The notes beneath the pieces are model-generated. The model searched no databases. It had not been told where the DNA came from and saw only the letters and a list, made by a program, of their open reading frames with translations. From an uncultured Pirellulales bacterium (GTDB taxonomy: Bacteria > Planctomycetota > Planctomycetia > Pirellulales > Thermoguttaceae): DNA of 64,000 nucleotides. Of this stretch, positions 1 through 10,026 are shown piece by piece; the first letter of the stretch is position 1, and each line of letters opens with the position of its first letter. The stretch covers positions 29,438-93,437 of the forward strand of contig CALLPE010000011.1 of assembly GCA_938015445.1 (NCBI GenBank), in the 5' to 3' direction. The position numbers and the translations under genes were made by a program.

Positions 1-845
1 TGCTTTTCGTGGATTGCTCGAACGGGGTGAACCGCCAACTGCGGGCCAGGGCGGAAGAATGCATGGACGATTTCTTCCGGCGGCTGGAGAGGTTACCGGT
101 CATCTTGATGGCCTTGAGACTGCTGGACTACAGTGTGCGGAATGACTCTCAGTTGCGGCGAGAGAAGTTCCAGGATCGGCCTTATGCAACCGAGTGGGTG
201 AACTTCCTGGGAGACCTGCTCTTCGAGCGACGAAAGGAGGCTCGTGGCGTGCTTGACTATCTTGACCGAAAAGCCAACGAACTGGCCAACGACTTGAAAG
301 AGGAGTACCCCGAGGCAGCACAAATGCTCGATAGCAAGCACGCCGAGCCCCACCCGGTGTGGCGCTTAGCCGAGACTCTAACGTATTTGCAAGGGCGTAA
401 GAACACGGTAGACAACGTAGTGTCGTTAGTGGATTCCTCATTACTCATGAATCGTCCGAATGGCCTCGGTGCACGGCGCCTTGTCACTCGCCAAGTTATT
501 GGCGGCGAAGCGGCAAGAAGCCGTGACGTCCGTTCGCTGGTATTCACCGATGCAGTGTTGGACTACCTGGTGCATCTCCACGTGCTGCCGGGAGGAGACA
601 AAACAGGCTATCGCCCCTTGGCCCTGCGAGACTTCTTGCACACGCTGGTCGACCGCTACGGGTTCTGTGTGGAGGTGGCCCCCCCGGGGATGTTGATTTC
701 CAGCGAGACCCTTCGGGCCAATCGAGGCGTGTTGGAAAAGAGACTGCGGGACCTGGGGCTTTTGGTAGGGGTCAACGACGCGGAGGCCATGAAACATCTT
801 CGGCCGCGATTCGGGTTTTCGGAGGAACTCAATGATATGGACTGA
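1..845 (+). CDS. Hypothetical protein, 5'-truncated by the window edge (the frame is open to nt 1). Its stop overlaps the start of the downstream giant ATPase gene (ATGATATGGACTGA), so the two are translationally coupled.
   Basis: Open frame running from the window edge. The ATG of the next gene (832) lies inside the stop region (843-845). I recognise no domain in the sequence. Confidence 0.6.
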   Translation, partial: LFVDCSNGVNRQLRARAEECMDDFFRRLERLPVILMALRLLDYSVRNDSQLRREKFQDRPYATEWVNFLGDLLFERRKEARGVLDYLDRKANELANDLKEEYPEAAQMLDSKHAEPHPVWRLAETLTYLQGRKNTVDNVVSLVDSSLLMNRPNGLGARRLVTRQVIGGEAARSRDVRSLVFTDAVLDYLVHLHVLPGGDKTGYRPLALRDFLHTLVDRYGFCVEVAPPGMLISSETLRANRGVLEKRLRDLGLLVGVNDAEAMKHLRPRFGFSEELNDMD

Positions 846-3800
846 GTTGCACGCCAAGTTGCTCTCCAAGGCTTTCGAGAATGTGCTGGGCGAGCCCGAC
901 AAGGGGGCGATCGCCTTCGTCCGCTGCCTTGCTCCGGAGGTCGTCGAGGCCCTGGCTGGCGACGCCACCTTTGCCCCAGCCTCCTGGCAGGTTTTTCGTG
1001 TGGCCGACGTGACGGACCTGGCAAAGCGGACCATTACCGCGGACCGGGCCGTGGAACTCCGTGAGACCAAAAAGGACGCTGTGCTCCTGCTGGTGGACCG
1101 GCACAAGGCCGGTGCTGGCATGGATGGAGTTTACAGCGCCGCACGCGAAATCCAAGAGAGCGTGTTGTTTAACGAAGCCACCCGCCTGGCCGGAAGTGCA
1201 ATCACCCAGCAACGCAAGCGCCCAATGCGCGACTACGCCGAGCAGGCGATCCGCAAGGCCCGGACGGGCGGGTATCGGGTTGCCATCTCGCGTTGGGCAG
1301 AGTTCGACTTTCTGGTTCGCGTGGCCCACGAAAAGCAACATCCCGGAGCACTTCTGTATCTTGTAGGACTTTGGCCTGTTGCTCAGGGGGCTCCTGCCGA
1401 CGACAAGGGCAGTCTGGACACCTCGCGGCTGTTTGTGGAGCGCCTTTTGGGCGTGGCCGCCCGCGGATTGACGCCCAGTCAGCGGATCGAGGCCCTGAAA
1501 CTCGTTGATCCCTTGCCCGAGCAGCAGACCGACTTGGAACGATTCCTCTGGGTAGCCGCCAAAAAGCCCCTGCTTGAGGCCCTCGCCGAATTGGCCCACC
1601 AGCCGCACCTTTGGGTCAACGCCCTGAAAATCCACAGCGCCTCCCGGACCATCCAGGCCATCGAACTGGTGCCCTGGCGTAAGGCCGACGGTGCGCTGGT
1701 GAAATGGTCTGGATTGGTCAAGGCGGACGACCCAAACGATCCCCCCAAACTTGTTCTGACCCCGAACGCAGCCAGTACCGGCAATTACTCGAAGCTCGAG
1801 GTGCGTTGGAAGACGCAGCCCGCCGAGTTGGACAAAGGTGCTGTACAGTACCACGTGTCTGTAATGACCGATTTGGACGGGGAACTCGCCTCGCGCGACA
1901 TTGTGCACACTGGAGGTAAGGAGCAGAAATGTCGTTTCACCAACGACGATTTCTCCTTGTTGGGGGACGACGTGCTGGTGTCGGCCCAGGTGCGGGTTTC
2001 CGTGGTCGGCAATGACACCGTAGAGCCCCAGAAAACAGAAGAGTTCATTATTTGCTTTGGGGAACCACAGGAGGCCGTGGCGGGTGCGGCCGGGAAAAAA
2101 GTTCGCACCTTCAGCGAAGGGATCATCGAACTGGCAAGCCGCAATGATGTTGTCGACAAGGTTTCGTCGGCAGATGGCCGGCAGACAGATGCCAAGAATT
2201 TCGTGGTCTGGCGGATCCCAGGGCGCAAGACTTTGCGCGTGTTCTATCCCCCTCTGGTGCAGGAGGTGGAAAGGGATTGGCATAAGCGGCCCGCTACCAT
2301 CGGGCGATGGCGTGTCAAAGTCCGCACCACGGGGGAGAGGGCTGGGCCAGTGGAGTTCGTGGAGCTTTCTCCCTCGGCGGCAAGCAGGGAGGAGCTGAGC
2401 GAGTTATGGGAGCGTGCGGCCGACGCTAGCCAGCGTATGGCCAAGTACATTGCCGAGCACGGCGGCGGGGTGGCTCAGGTGTATGCCGAGGACGCTCCGG
2501 ACTTCGGAGACGTGGTCAAGAAGTACCTGTTAGCTTGGGCCGCGCTGCTGGAGCATGACACCGTGGACCCCGCGGTGGCTTTGGCGCACACGGTCGAGGT
2601 CCAGTCGCTTTCGGGCAGGACCATCGGACTGATTGTCCTCCCCACCCATCCGCTGCGCGTGGCTTGGCAGGTGGCTTACGATAATCTGGTGCTTCACGCG
2701 CGATTTAGCGACAAGGCCTCGACTGAGAACATTCGGCAGGAACTCAAAGTCCTCGACGGCGCCATGTTCCCGGGCTTCCTGCCAGGATTGGAGACCGGCC
2801 AATCCTTCGTCTTTGCCGATACGTTAGGCTTCCACGCAGCAGCCATGGTTGCCGACACCGACAAGGAGCCCAAGGCGGCGGTAGCGATCCTCGCTCGGGT
2901 GCTTAGCGGGGGCGAAAGCTCCGATGCGGCGCCGACCGTGGGAGAACAAAGCGCCGAAGTGCTCAGCCGCGAGATCCGGAAGTACCTGGAATGTCATCCC
3001 GCCACCCGCCTGCTCTACATCCACGCATTGCGTGCCGGGGATGGCCTGACGGTGGCCCGCGCCCTAGGCAATGTCTATCGCAGTTATGCTGAAGCCAACA
3101 GCCAAGAATCCGGAGAAGAAGACGAACAGCAGCTTTCCTGCGAGCCGCCGGCTTTTGTGCTGGAACTCTATCCTTCGCAGGAACAGCGCGCCGTGGCCGG
3201 CCGGTTCCTGGTCGAGACGCGACAAAAACGTCGCACGGGTGCGGGCGCCGTCGCCGCCGAGGACCTGTGGCTTTCGGAATCGATCGACCTGCGCGGTGGC
3301 ATCCTTTTGCCCCGGCTGCGCTGGGCCCGCAAGGAACGCGAAGACCCCCAAACCCCAGCGCACCTGGCGATCGCCTTCGACACGTTCGCTTCCCGTGTCG
3401 AAGGAGAAGGCGAGTCGTCCCTTCCCCCGAAGCCGTCGGCACGCCCCTTCTATGCCTTCGGCTTGATCTCCTTTCTGGAGCGGGAGTACTCCGAAGCACC
3501 GTCGCCTCGGTGGCGCGGCAAGGTGCTCCGGGCCAGTGAAGGCGAGAAGCACCCTTCGGAGCGGTCCCACACCGAACGCCTCGTGAGATTACAGGAAGCC
3601 CTCCACAAATGCACAGCACGCAATCTTCCCGCCCCGGCCGCCCGGCCGGTGCTAGTCACCGAGATCCCTCCGGAGAAGGCGGAAAGCCTGCACACCCTAC
3701 ATCGACTTTGCGACTGGGTGGTTACTGTGGACCGCAATGCCGGGATCGAATATTTCGATTCTCCCCGCGATAACCGCGAAGTTTACGACGCGTATGTCAT

Positions 3801-5946
3801 CGACTGCGTGCCCGAGCGAGAAGACTTGGGCTGCTTGCAGTTGATTACCTCCACCGCAAATCTGGAAGAGGTACAAGGACTGGTCGAGGGTGCGCTGGAC
3901 CAAATGGGACTCATCCACAGCCGCCGGAATGCCGAGTTCCTCATGGAGAATCTCAAAGCCCTTAGTGGGCGCTTGGCTATCCGCCTGACTGGGCAGAAAG
4001 GGTTGACTGCGGAACTGGTGGCTTTGGCCCTATGTCATGCTTACTGCCGCGCTGCGCCAGAGACCACCGAGTGCTGGCTATCTTTGTCGGCGGGCTTTTT
4101 CATCCCAGTGGCCGATGTTCGGGACCTCCTGCCCCCCTTGATGCCCAAGCGAAAAAAGGATGAAGACAAGGCACAAACTGATGACGATGCGCAATCTCGT
4201 CCCGAGCTGATCTACGTTTCCCTCGGACCGCGCCGCGTGCTGACGTTTTCGTTCGTCGAAGTGCGATACCGCAGGCACCTCCGGACAGCACGCAGCCCCG
4301 AGTTGGTCAAGGAAATACTCTGCCGGATAACGAACCTCCGCGATCGCTGGGACGGGTGGTATGCCGATGCCGCCAACGCGGCCATCTTTTCCGCCGTGCG
4401 CCGGGCCGAACTTGCCCGAGTGCTCAGGTTCTATGCAGACAAGGCGCGCCGGCACGCAGACGACGAGAGCGGAGTCGGGCTGTCGGCCGAGAAGCATCGG
4501 GAGTTCCTCGCGGAAATCGACCGCATGATCGCGCGGGGCGCCGAGTATTCTTTTGTACCCCCGCGACACGGAGACCGGGGATGGATATTCTGCCCGGAGT
4601 ATACAAGTGCCGAACCCATGGAGATTTCACCGCCGCACGGGGAAGCGAAGATTTATCTGTTTGGGCCGGCCGCCTTGTCCGATGGCATCCCGATAAGTCG
4701 CTCCCCAAGTGCTCTGTCCCGCGAAGGTCCCTCCGCTCAGGGGGCGCCCGAAGACAAATCAGCGGAGCCTGGCCAAGCCCTTACAGGCTGCGTGCCGGCC
4801 GATGATTCCGTCTCCACCGCCGCCGGCGCGAACCATTGCCATGTTTCCCATGAGGCCACCCTGCCTCGCCCAGTCGCCTCGACCCCTAACATTACCCTGG
4901 GCAGCGATGTCCTCACCGGCGAGGATGTCTACTGGAGGCCGACCATTCAAGGGAACCCTCATCTTCTCCTGGCAGGATTGCCCGGCATGGGCAAGACCAC
5001 CTGCCTCGTGAACCTTTGTACCCAGATGCTGTATGAGGGAATCTGCCCCATCATCTTCTCGTACCATCAGGATATTGACCACCGACTGTCCCAGGCTGTA
5101 AACACCATCCGTTTTGTCGACTACGAAGGCCTTGGCTTCAATCCCCTAAGCGTCACGGACCGCACATCGCGCAAGGCTTATTTGGACGTGGCCGGCGCGC
5201 TGCGCGACATCCTTCTGGCCATTTTCCCCGACCTGGGTGAGCTTCAAGGCGAGGCCATACGAAGGGCCATCAAAGACAGCTTCATCGAGCTGGGATGGGA
5301 CGATCCGACTAAAAATCTGCTTGACCTCAAGGAACCGCAGTTCAGGCGTTTTGTGGACATTCTTCACAGCCAGCCCAACCCCGACCGCGGCTTGAAGACC
5401 CTGCTGGCACGCCTGGACGAACTTAGCGATTACGGTTTCTTCGAACTGAGGGAACGCCCGCAAAGCCTCTGGGAAACGGCGCAGCCCATCGTCATTCGTA
5501 TCCACACCACGCAAAACGAGCACCTCCAGCAAGCCTTTGCCTCGTTGGTCTTCTATGGCCTGTATAAAGACATGCTCCGCAGGGGCATCCAGGACCGCAT
5601 CACTCACGCCATCGTTTTCGACGAGGCCCATCGGGCCGCAAGACTGAAGCTTATTCCCACCATGGCCAAGGAGTGCCGAAAGTACGGCATCTCCCTCATC
5701 CTTGCATCCCAGGAAGCTAAGGATTTCCACACTTCCGTGTTTTCAGCGATCGCAAACTACCTCGTCCTTCGCCTGACTGAAACCGACGCCCGCGCCTTGG
5801 TCCGCAACGTGGCCCGCTCCGACCACCAGCGCGTGCTGGTCGACCGAATCAAACAGATGGAGCGGTTCAAGGCACTCTATTTTAGCGAGACGAGGGGGAA
5901 ACCAGCCATTGTCGCCCTTTCTGAATTCACCTCGCCGCCCGCTTGA
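832..5946 (+). CDS. Giant 1704-aa protein: about 1350 aa of unrecognised N-terminal sequence followed by a C-terminal HerA/FtsK/VirB4-type P-loop ATPase. Candidate DptH/DndH-like (phosphorothioation-dependent restriction) protein or a novel defence ATPase.
   Basis: Walker A 'LLLAGLPGMGKTTCL' (~nt 4960). Walker B 'AIVFDEAHRAA' about 200 aa later (~nt 5620). Sensor 'GISLILASQEAKDF' then 'YLVLRL'. The 200-aa Walker A to B spacing fits the HerA/FtsK fold, not classic AAA+ or an SF2 helicase. Coupled to the upstream gene. Confidence 0.75.
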   Translation: MIWTELHAKLLSKAFENVLGEPDKGAIAFVRCLAPEVVEALAGDATFAPASWQVFRVADVTDLAKRTITADRAVELRETKKDAVLLLVDRHKAGAGMDGVYSAAREIQESVLFNEATRLAGSAITQQRKRPMRDYAEQAIRKARTGGYRVAISRWAEFDFLVRVAHEKQHPGALLYLVGLWPVAQGAPADDKGSLDTSRLFVERLLGVAARGLTPSQRIEALKLVDPLPEQQTDLERFLWVAAKKPLLEALAELAHQPHLWVNALKIHSASRTIQAIELVPWRKADGALVKWSGLVKADDPNDPPKLVLTPNAASTGNYSKLEVRWKTQPAELDKGAVQYHVSVMTDLDGELASRDIVHTGGKEQKCRFTNDDFSLLGDDVLVSAQVRVSVVGNDTVEPQKTEEFIICFGEPQEAVAGAAGKKVRTFSEGIIELASRNDVVDKVSSADGRQTDAKNFVVWRIPGRKTLRVFYPPLVQEVERDWHKRPATIGRWRVKVRTTGERAGPVEFVELSPSAASREELSELWERAADASQRMAKYIAEHGGGVAQVYAEDAPDFGDVVKKYLLAWAALLEHDTVDPAVALAHTVEVQSLSGRTIGLIVLPTHPLRVAWQVAYDNLVLHARFSDKASTENIRQELKVLDGAMFPGFLPGLETGQSFVFADTLGFHAAAMVADTDKEPKAAVAILARVLSGGESSDAAPTVGEQSAEVLSREIRKYLECHPATRLLYIHALRAGDGLTVARALGNVYRSYAEANSQESGEEDEQQLSCEPPAFVLELYPSQEQRAVAGRFLVETRQKRRTGAGAVAAEDLWLSESIDLRGGILLPRLRWARKEREDPQTPAHLAIAFDTFASRVEGEGESSLPPKPSARPFYAFGLISFLEREYSEAPSPRWRGKVLRASEGEKHPSERSHTERLVRLQEALHKCTARNLPAPAARPVLVTEIPPEKAESLHTLHRLCDWVVTVDRNAGIEYFDSPRDNREVYDAYVIDCVPEREDLGCLQLITSTANLEEVQGLVEGALDQMGLIHSRRNAEFLMENLKALSGRLAIRLTGQKGLTAELVALALCHAYCRAAPETTECWLSLSAGFFIPVADVRDLLPPLMPKRKKDEDKAQTDDDAQSRPELIYVSLGPRRVLTFSFVEVRYRRHLRTARSPELVKEILCRITNLRDRWDGWYADAANAAIFSAVRRAELARVLRFYADKARRHADDESGVGLSAEKHREFLAEIDRMIARGAEYSFVPPRHGDRGWIFCPEYTSAEPMEISPPHGEAKIYLFGPAALSDGIPISRSPSALSREGPSAQGAPEDKSAEPGQALTGCVPADDSVSTAAGANHCHVSHEATLPRPVASTPNITLGSDVLTGEDVYWRPTIQGNPHLLLAGLPGMGKTTCLVNLCTQMLYEGICPIIFSYHQDIDHRLSQAVNTIRFVDYEGLGFNPLSVTDRTSRKAYLDVAGALRDILLAIFPDLGELQGEAIRRAIKDSFIELGWDDPTKNLLDLKEPQFRRFVDILHSQPNPDRGLKTLLARLDELSDYGFFELRERPQSLWETAQPIVIRIHTTQNEHLQQAFASLVFYGLYKDMLRRGIQDRITHAIVFDEAHRAARLKLIPTMAKECRKYGISLILASQEAKDFHTSVFSAIANYLVLRLTETDARALVRNVARSDHQRVLVDRIKQMERFKALYFSETRGKPAIVALSEFTSPPA

Positions 5947-6265
5947 CTAATGTTACCACATCTGCCAATCACGCGTGTGCATCCACAGGGGCCGGAAACA
6001 CCTAAGAGTCTGTCTAAGAAAGAAAGTACGTAATCCACGTATTTTGCCTAGTTGGTGGTTACCCCAATGGCGAATTGGTGCAGATTGTTCCCCAACAGCT
6101 TTTCGTAGATGGAAAACGCTTGGCGGGGCGGAACAGTCATGGACGATCGCCGGAAGACCAACCGACGTTGGAATCCCAGTTAAGGCGTCCAATAAGCCCA
6201 TGTTCAGCAAGACGTGCCTCCGCAGCACCACTTGGTTGTTTTGTGTGATGGATGTAATCCCCAGC

Positions 6266-6550
6266 ATGGACCTTCGTCCCTTTTACAACTACTACGAACG
6301 CGAACTGCGGAGCGAGGCAGGCCGGCGTTTGTACGCGGCCCGCAAGCACATCGTGGAACCGGTGTTTGGACAGTTCACATTCGCCCGCGGATTCCGCAAG
6401 TTCCTTCTGCGTGGGCTGGAAAAAGTTGCTGCGGAATGGCAGCCGATCTGTTCGACGCACACACTGCTCGAGAATCTGGATGGTTCAGTGGCACCCAAGT
6501 GGCCCTTAACGCTACCGGTGCGTGCTGAGGCCGGCAACGAGGTCAACTGA
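6266..6550 (+). pseudogene. C-terminal remnant (about 95 aa) of an IS5/IS1182-family DDE transposase.
   Basis: The translation 'RKHIVEPVFGQFTFARGFRKFLLRGLEKVAAEWQPICSTHTLLENL' matches the conserved C-terminus of IS5/IS1182 transposases. No DDE core, no intact N-terminus and no inverted repeats were seen. Confidence 0.6.
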
Positions 6551-7286
6551 CCTCCTTCCCAGCCCCAGACATGCCCGCAAAGGGATAATAGCGGCCAATA
6601 CTCGGACAGGCTCCTATGACCTGTTATATGGGCATTTGGGTCACCCGCCCCAGCGCCAGGCCGCTCAGGGCCACCTAGCCGCCCAGTAACCTGTTGTTGC
6701 AGCCTCGGCGGCAATTGCCTTAGGGTAGCGGCCACACGATTCACGGCATCTTCAGCGATAGCCGGTTTGCGACAAACTGTGACGCAATCCGTGACACCTT
6801 CGCCTACGGGATTGTCGTAACTCTCGGTGCCTCCAATGACTAGTGGAAACCGGTTCGGCTAAAAACGGTACCTTTCGCAAAGCTCTTGCGCACTCCGCGT
6901 TCCCAGGCTGGGAAACCCCACCGAGTGCGATCACCGATGCTCGGTTCGATCGAGTTCCACAGGCACACAGTTGCAGCGAGGCCGGGGCGTCGGGGGCGAG
7001 GGGCGGTGCATGAGCAGGACAACTTCCGCCGGCTGGTCCCAGTACCTGCACGCTCCGCAAAGACGCTTTCCGCCGGCCAATCAATACTGCCCGTCCGCCG
7101 AGCAAAAAGAAATTTTGCCCGTCCGTCAGGCACAAACAAAACCGCCGGCACATTCTCGGTTCCCGTGGCGTTGCCAGCGCGCTTACTTGTCTTTATACTG
7201 CACCTCCAGAGTAAGGCCAAACCGGCAGGTCGATTCCGGCGCTGGGCGGCGAATGTTGACAATTTCGATTCCATCGGAGCTTCCCC

Positions 7287-8501
7287 ATGAAGCCGCAAGC
7301 GATACGCGCAAAACGCGCGTTAAGCCTCCTCGCCAGCGGCCCGTTGTTATTGCTGTTACTGTTGGCACCACAGCCATTGGCTGCGCAGGTCGATACTTTG
7401 CGGTGTGGCTACTATTCGCATATCAGCCGCACTAGCGCGTGGAAGACCTACGCGAAGGAAGGATGCAATCTTCTGCTGGTCTATGGAAGTGGACAGGGCA
7501 TCAACTGGGGCACCTATCTGGATGCGGCGGGTGATGCTGGACTGAAAATCATCCTCGATTTGCACCACCATCCGCCCCGCTGGCACCTGAAAACAACCCC
7601 GGAGCAAATCCGCAAGCTTGCGCAGCAGTATCGTGAACATCCTGCCCTTTATGGTTATTACATTGCCGACGAGCCCGAATCGCCCTGGAACAACGAACCG
7701 CCAAAGTTCTTTCAGCCGATTTACGATGTGCTGAAAGCCGCCGCTCCCTCCCATCCGGTGACAATTTGCATGAACCACCGGTTCCCCGACCAGTACGCCA
7801 GCATTTTCGATCTGCTTCTTGCTGATCACTATCCCAACTGGTCGGCCAAAAACAATCAGCCCGAGTTCAACGCTATGGTCCGCGCATCCTACCGGTGGTG
7901 GCGTGATGCCCTGGAGTTCCAGTCGCGGCACAACAAGCAGGGGCTGATTGCCGTGGGACTGGCTGGCGGTGACGGCACTGGCAACGGCCTGCGCGATCTA
8001 ACCGATGAGGAATACCGCTTTCATGTATTTAGCGCTGTGGTGCTGGGCATCAAAGGATTCGTGTTCTATTGGGATGATCCACGCTGGCTCACGAAGACCG
8101 TGCGCCACAAAACTACCCAGATGATCGCGCAGATGCGCGCAATCGGGGATCAGATGGCAGTGGGTGTCGGGATAACCGACGATCCACGCATCACCGTTAA
8201 TCTACCCCCGAGCAAGCTGCGTTATCGCTACGGAGTGACAGACAACACTCACGTCCTGCTTGCCGTCAACATCTCCCAATGGGATAGCTCCGAAAACGGG
8301 GAAACCCTGAATAACGTCCGGTTTACACTTCCGCGAGGATTGCTTGTACGCCAGCTCGAGGTCGTTGGCGAAAATCGGGTCCTACCGGTAACCGACGGTA
8401 CCTTCATCGATACCTTTAAGCGTTTCCAAGTGCATATCTATCGGTTTAAGTCGCCGCAAGCCAACCACGAGGAGGCTGCCGCGACAGCAACAGCACACTG
8501 A
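7287..8501 (+). CDS. Secreted TIM-barrel glycoside hydrolase-like protein.
   Basis: N-terminal signal peptide (LLLLLLLAPQPLAAQ). Motif 'YGYYIADEPE', typical of clan GH-A-like hydrolases. I cannot assign a family. Confidence 0.55.
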   Translation: MKPQAIRAKRALSLLASGPLLLLLLLAPQPLAAQVDTLRCGYYSHISRTSAWKTYAKEGCNLLLVYGSGQGINWGTYLDAAGDAGLKIILDLHHHPPRWHLKTTPEQIRKLAQQYREHPALYGYYIADEPESPWNNEPPKFFQPIYDVLKAAAPSHPVTICMNHRFPDQYASIFDLLLADHYPNWSAKNNQPEFNAMVRASYRWWRDALEFQSRHNKQGLIAVGLAGGDGTGNGLRDLTDEEYRFHVFSAVVLGIKGFVFYWDDPRWLTKTVRHKTTQMIAQMRAIGDQMAVGVGITDDPRITVNLPPSKLRYRYGVTDNTHVLLAVNISQWDSSENGETLNNVRFTLPRGLLVRQLEVVGENRVLPVTDGTFIDTFKRFQVHIYRFKSPQANHEEAAATATAH

Positions 8502-8511
8502 AGGAGGCGTT

Positions 8512-9897
8512 ATGAAGCCAAGCATCTCGGCCATCGTGGTATTGTGGGTGACACTGACATCTTTGCCCGATATAAAGGCCGCCGTCGTGGTTTATCCGGC
8601 GCCCCAAGGGGCACCGCTGGTTGCTCAATATCGCGTCACTGTAGACGGCCAATCGGCACCGGTGTATCTGGGGTCGCCGAAGCGATTTTACGGGTATTGC
8701 CAGTTCGATATGACTGGTCCGGTAACGGTGCGAGTGAGCACCAGTTTTCGGCTGGTCAATCCGCGGCTCGTTCCCGAGCGTTTAGGGGTTAAGCCCACGG
8801 TACAGGGCGATACAGTTCAGTTTACGCTGGCATCGCCGTGCCACATTACCCTTTTGCCGGATGGGGCTAGCTTCGAGAACGCTTTGCACTTGTTTGCCAA
8901 TCCGCCCGAGCAGGCACCTCCGCGGGAAGGTGACCCCGGCGTTATCTTCATCGGTCCCGGAATCCACAAGACCAATGTCACTGTAGGCGACGGGCAGACT
9001 TTGTACCTGGCCGGTGGCGCGATACTAAAAGGTGCCGTCAGCCTTTCTGGGCGCAACGCAAAGGTCCGAGGCCGTGGCATCATCGACGGTAGCGATTGGG
9101 GGCACTTCGAGCGCAACGATGTCCCGTTGCGCGTGACCGGCGCTTCGACAAGTGTGGAAGGCATCATTGTGCGTTTGTCATGGAGAGCTGGCATTTCGGT
9201 AGTGCGTACCAGCGGCGCGCACATCGCCAACACCAAGATATGCGCTAGCCGTTTCGCCAACGATGATGGCATCACAGTGACCAATGCCGATGGTGTCACC
9301 GTCACTGGCTGCTTCATCCGCACCGATGACGACTGCATAGCGCTGAAAGGATACTCGGCCGACCGCCGCAATGTATCCAATTGTACCTTCGAGAAGAGCC
9401 AGTTGTGGTGCGATCGCGCGCGCATCATCCTCATCGGCCACGAAACAATGGTGCATCACATGCGCGACATCGTCTTTAAGGACATCGACATCCTCAAATA
9501 CAGCATGACACCATTTCTCATCGAGCCAGGGGAATTGGGAACCGCAGGGCCGGGTATTCTGTTCGAGGATATTCGGCTCGAGGGCTGGGGGGACAGCACT
9601 AGCGCACTGATCCAGATTCAACCAACCGTCAATCGATGGATGCAACTGAAGGAACCAGGCTGGGTAGATGGAATCACCTTTAGGAACATCCACTTTACGG
9701 GTAAACACCGGGGGCCGTGGGTCCGGATTCAAGGATATGATGCTACGCACACGACCAAGAACGTAACGTTGGAACGCGTGCAGATCAACGGGCAGCCAAT
9801 CGGGGCAGACTCGCCGGGTGTCATCCTGGGACAACACACGGAGAATATCAAGTTTGTGGCCGCCGAGCAGGACGTGCCGCCCAACCAACAACGGTAG
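8512..9897 (+). CDS. Secreted right-handed beta-helix protein, GH28 (polygalacturonase)/pectin-lyase-fold-like.
   Basis: SD 'GGAGG' upstream and a signal peptide. Motifs 'TNADGVTVTGCFIRTDDDCIALKG' (GH28-like NxDG ... DDC(I/V)A(I/L)K) with repetitive beta-helix coils. Confidence 0.7.
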   Translation: MKPSISAIVVLWVTLTSLPDIKAAVVVYPAPQGAPLVAQYRVTVDGQSAPVYLGSPKRFYGYCQFDMTGPVTVRVSTSFRLVNPRLVPERLGVKPTVQGDTVQFTLASPCHITLLPDGASFENALHLFANPPEQAPPREGDPGVIFIGPGIHKTNVTVGDGQTLYLAGGAILKGAVSLSGRNAKVRGRGIIDGSDWGHFERNDVPLRVTGASTSVEGIIVRLSWRAGISVVRTSGAHIANTKICASRFANDDGITVTNADGVTVTGCFIRTDDDCIALKGYSADRRNVSNCTFEKSQLWCDRARIILIGHETMVHHMRDIVFKDIDILKYSMTPFLIEPGELGTAGPGILFEDIRLEGWGDSTSALIQIQPTVNRWMQLKEPGWVDGITFRNIHFTGKHRGPWVRIQGYDATHTTKNVTLERVQINGQPIGADSPGVILGQHTENIKFVAAEQDVPPNQQR

Positions 9898-10026
9898 CTC
9901 TATGCCAACGTGCTAGAGGTTAGGTTGCCGGGATAGCCGAATCATTGGTGTTTCATCAGAGTTATTTTCGGGCCTTCTTAAGCATCGGCCTTCTTCAGCA
10001 ATGGTGATGGAGCGTTTACGCTCGCC

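Noticed and set aside
829-2283. Long minus-strand ORFs (829..2283, 2963..3619, 4078..4569, 5146..5730 and others) inside the giant ATPase gene.
   Set aside because: They lie antisense to a continuous 1704-aa plus-strand ORF that carries recognisable ATPase motifs. High-GC coding DNA routinely yields long antisense shadow ORFs, and these have no motifs or starts with RBS support.
5500-5700. The 'DEAH' sequence in the giant protein read as an SF2 DEAH-box helicase.
   Set aside because: No other SF2 helicase motifs (Ia, III SAT, VI) are present. The approximately 200-aa Walker A to B spacing and the downstream 'ASQ ... YLVLRL' fit the HerA/FtsK/VirB4 family, where the Walker B is hhhhDEAH.
6806-6822. 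Exact 15-mer CTACGGGATTGTCGT shared with 11598-11612.
   Set aside because: Roughly 2-4 exact 15-mer coincidences are expected by chance in 64 kb on two strands, and one copy is coding (rhomboid N-terminal region). Probably chance.
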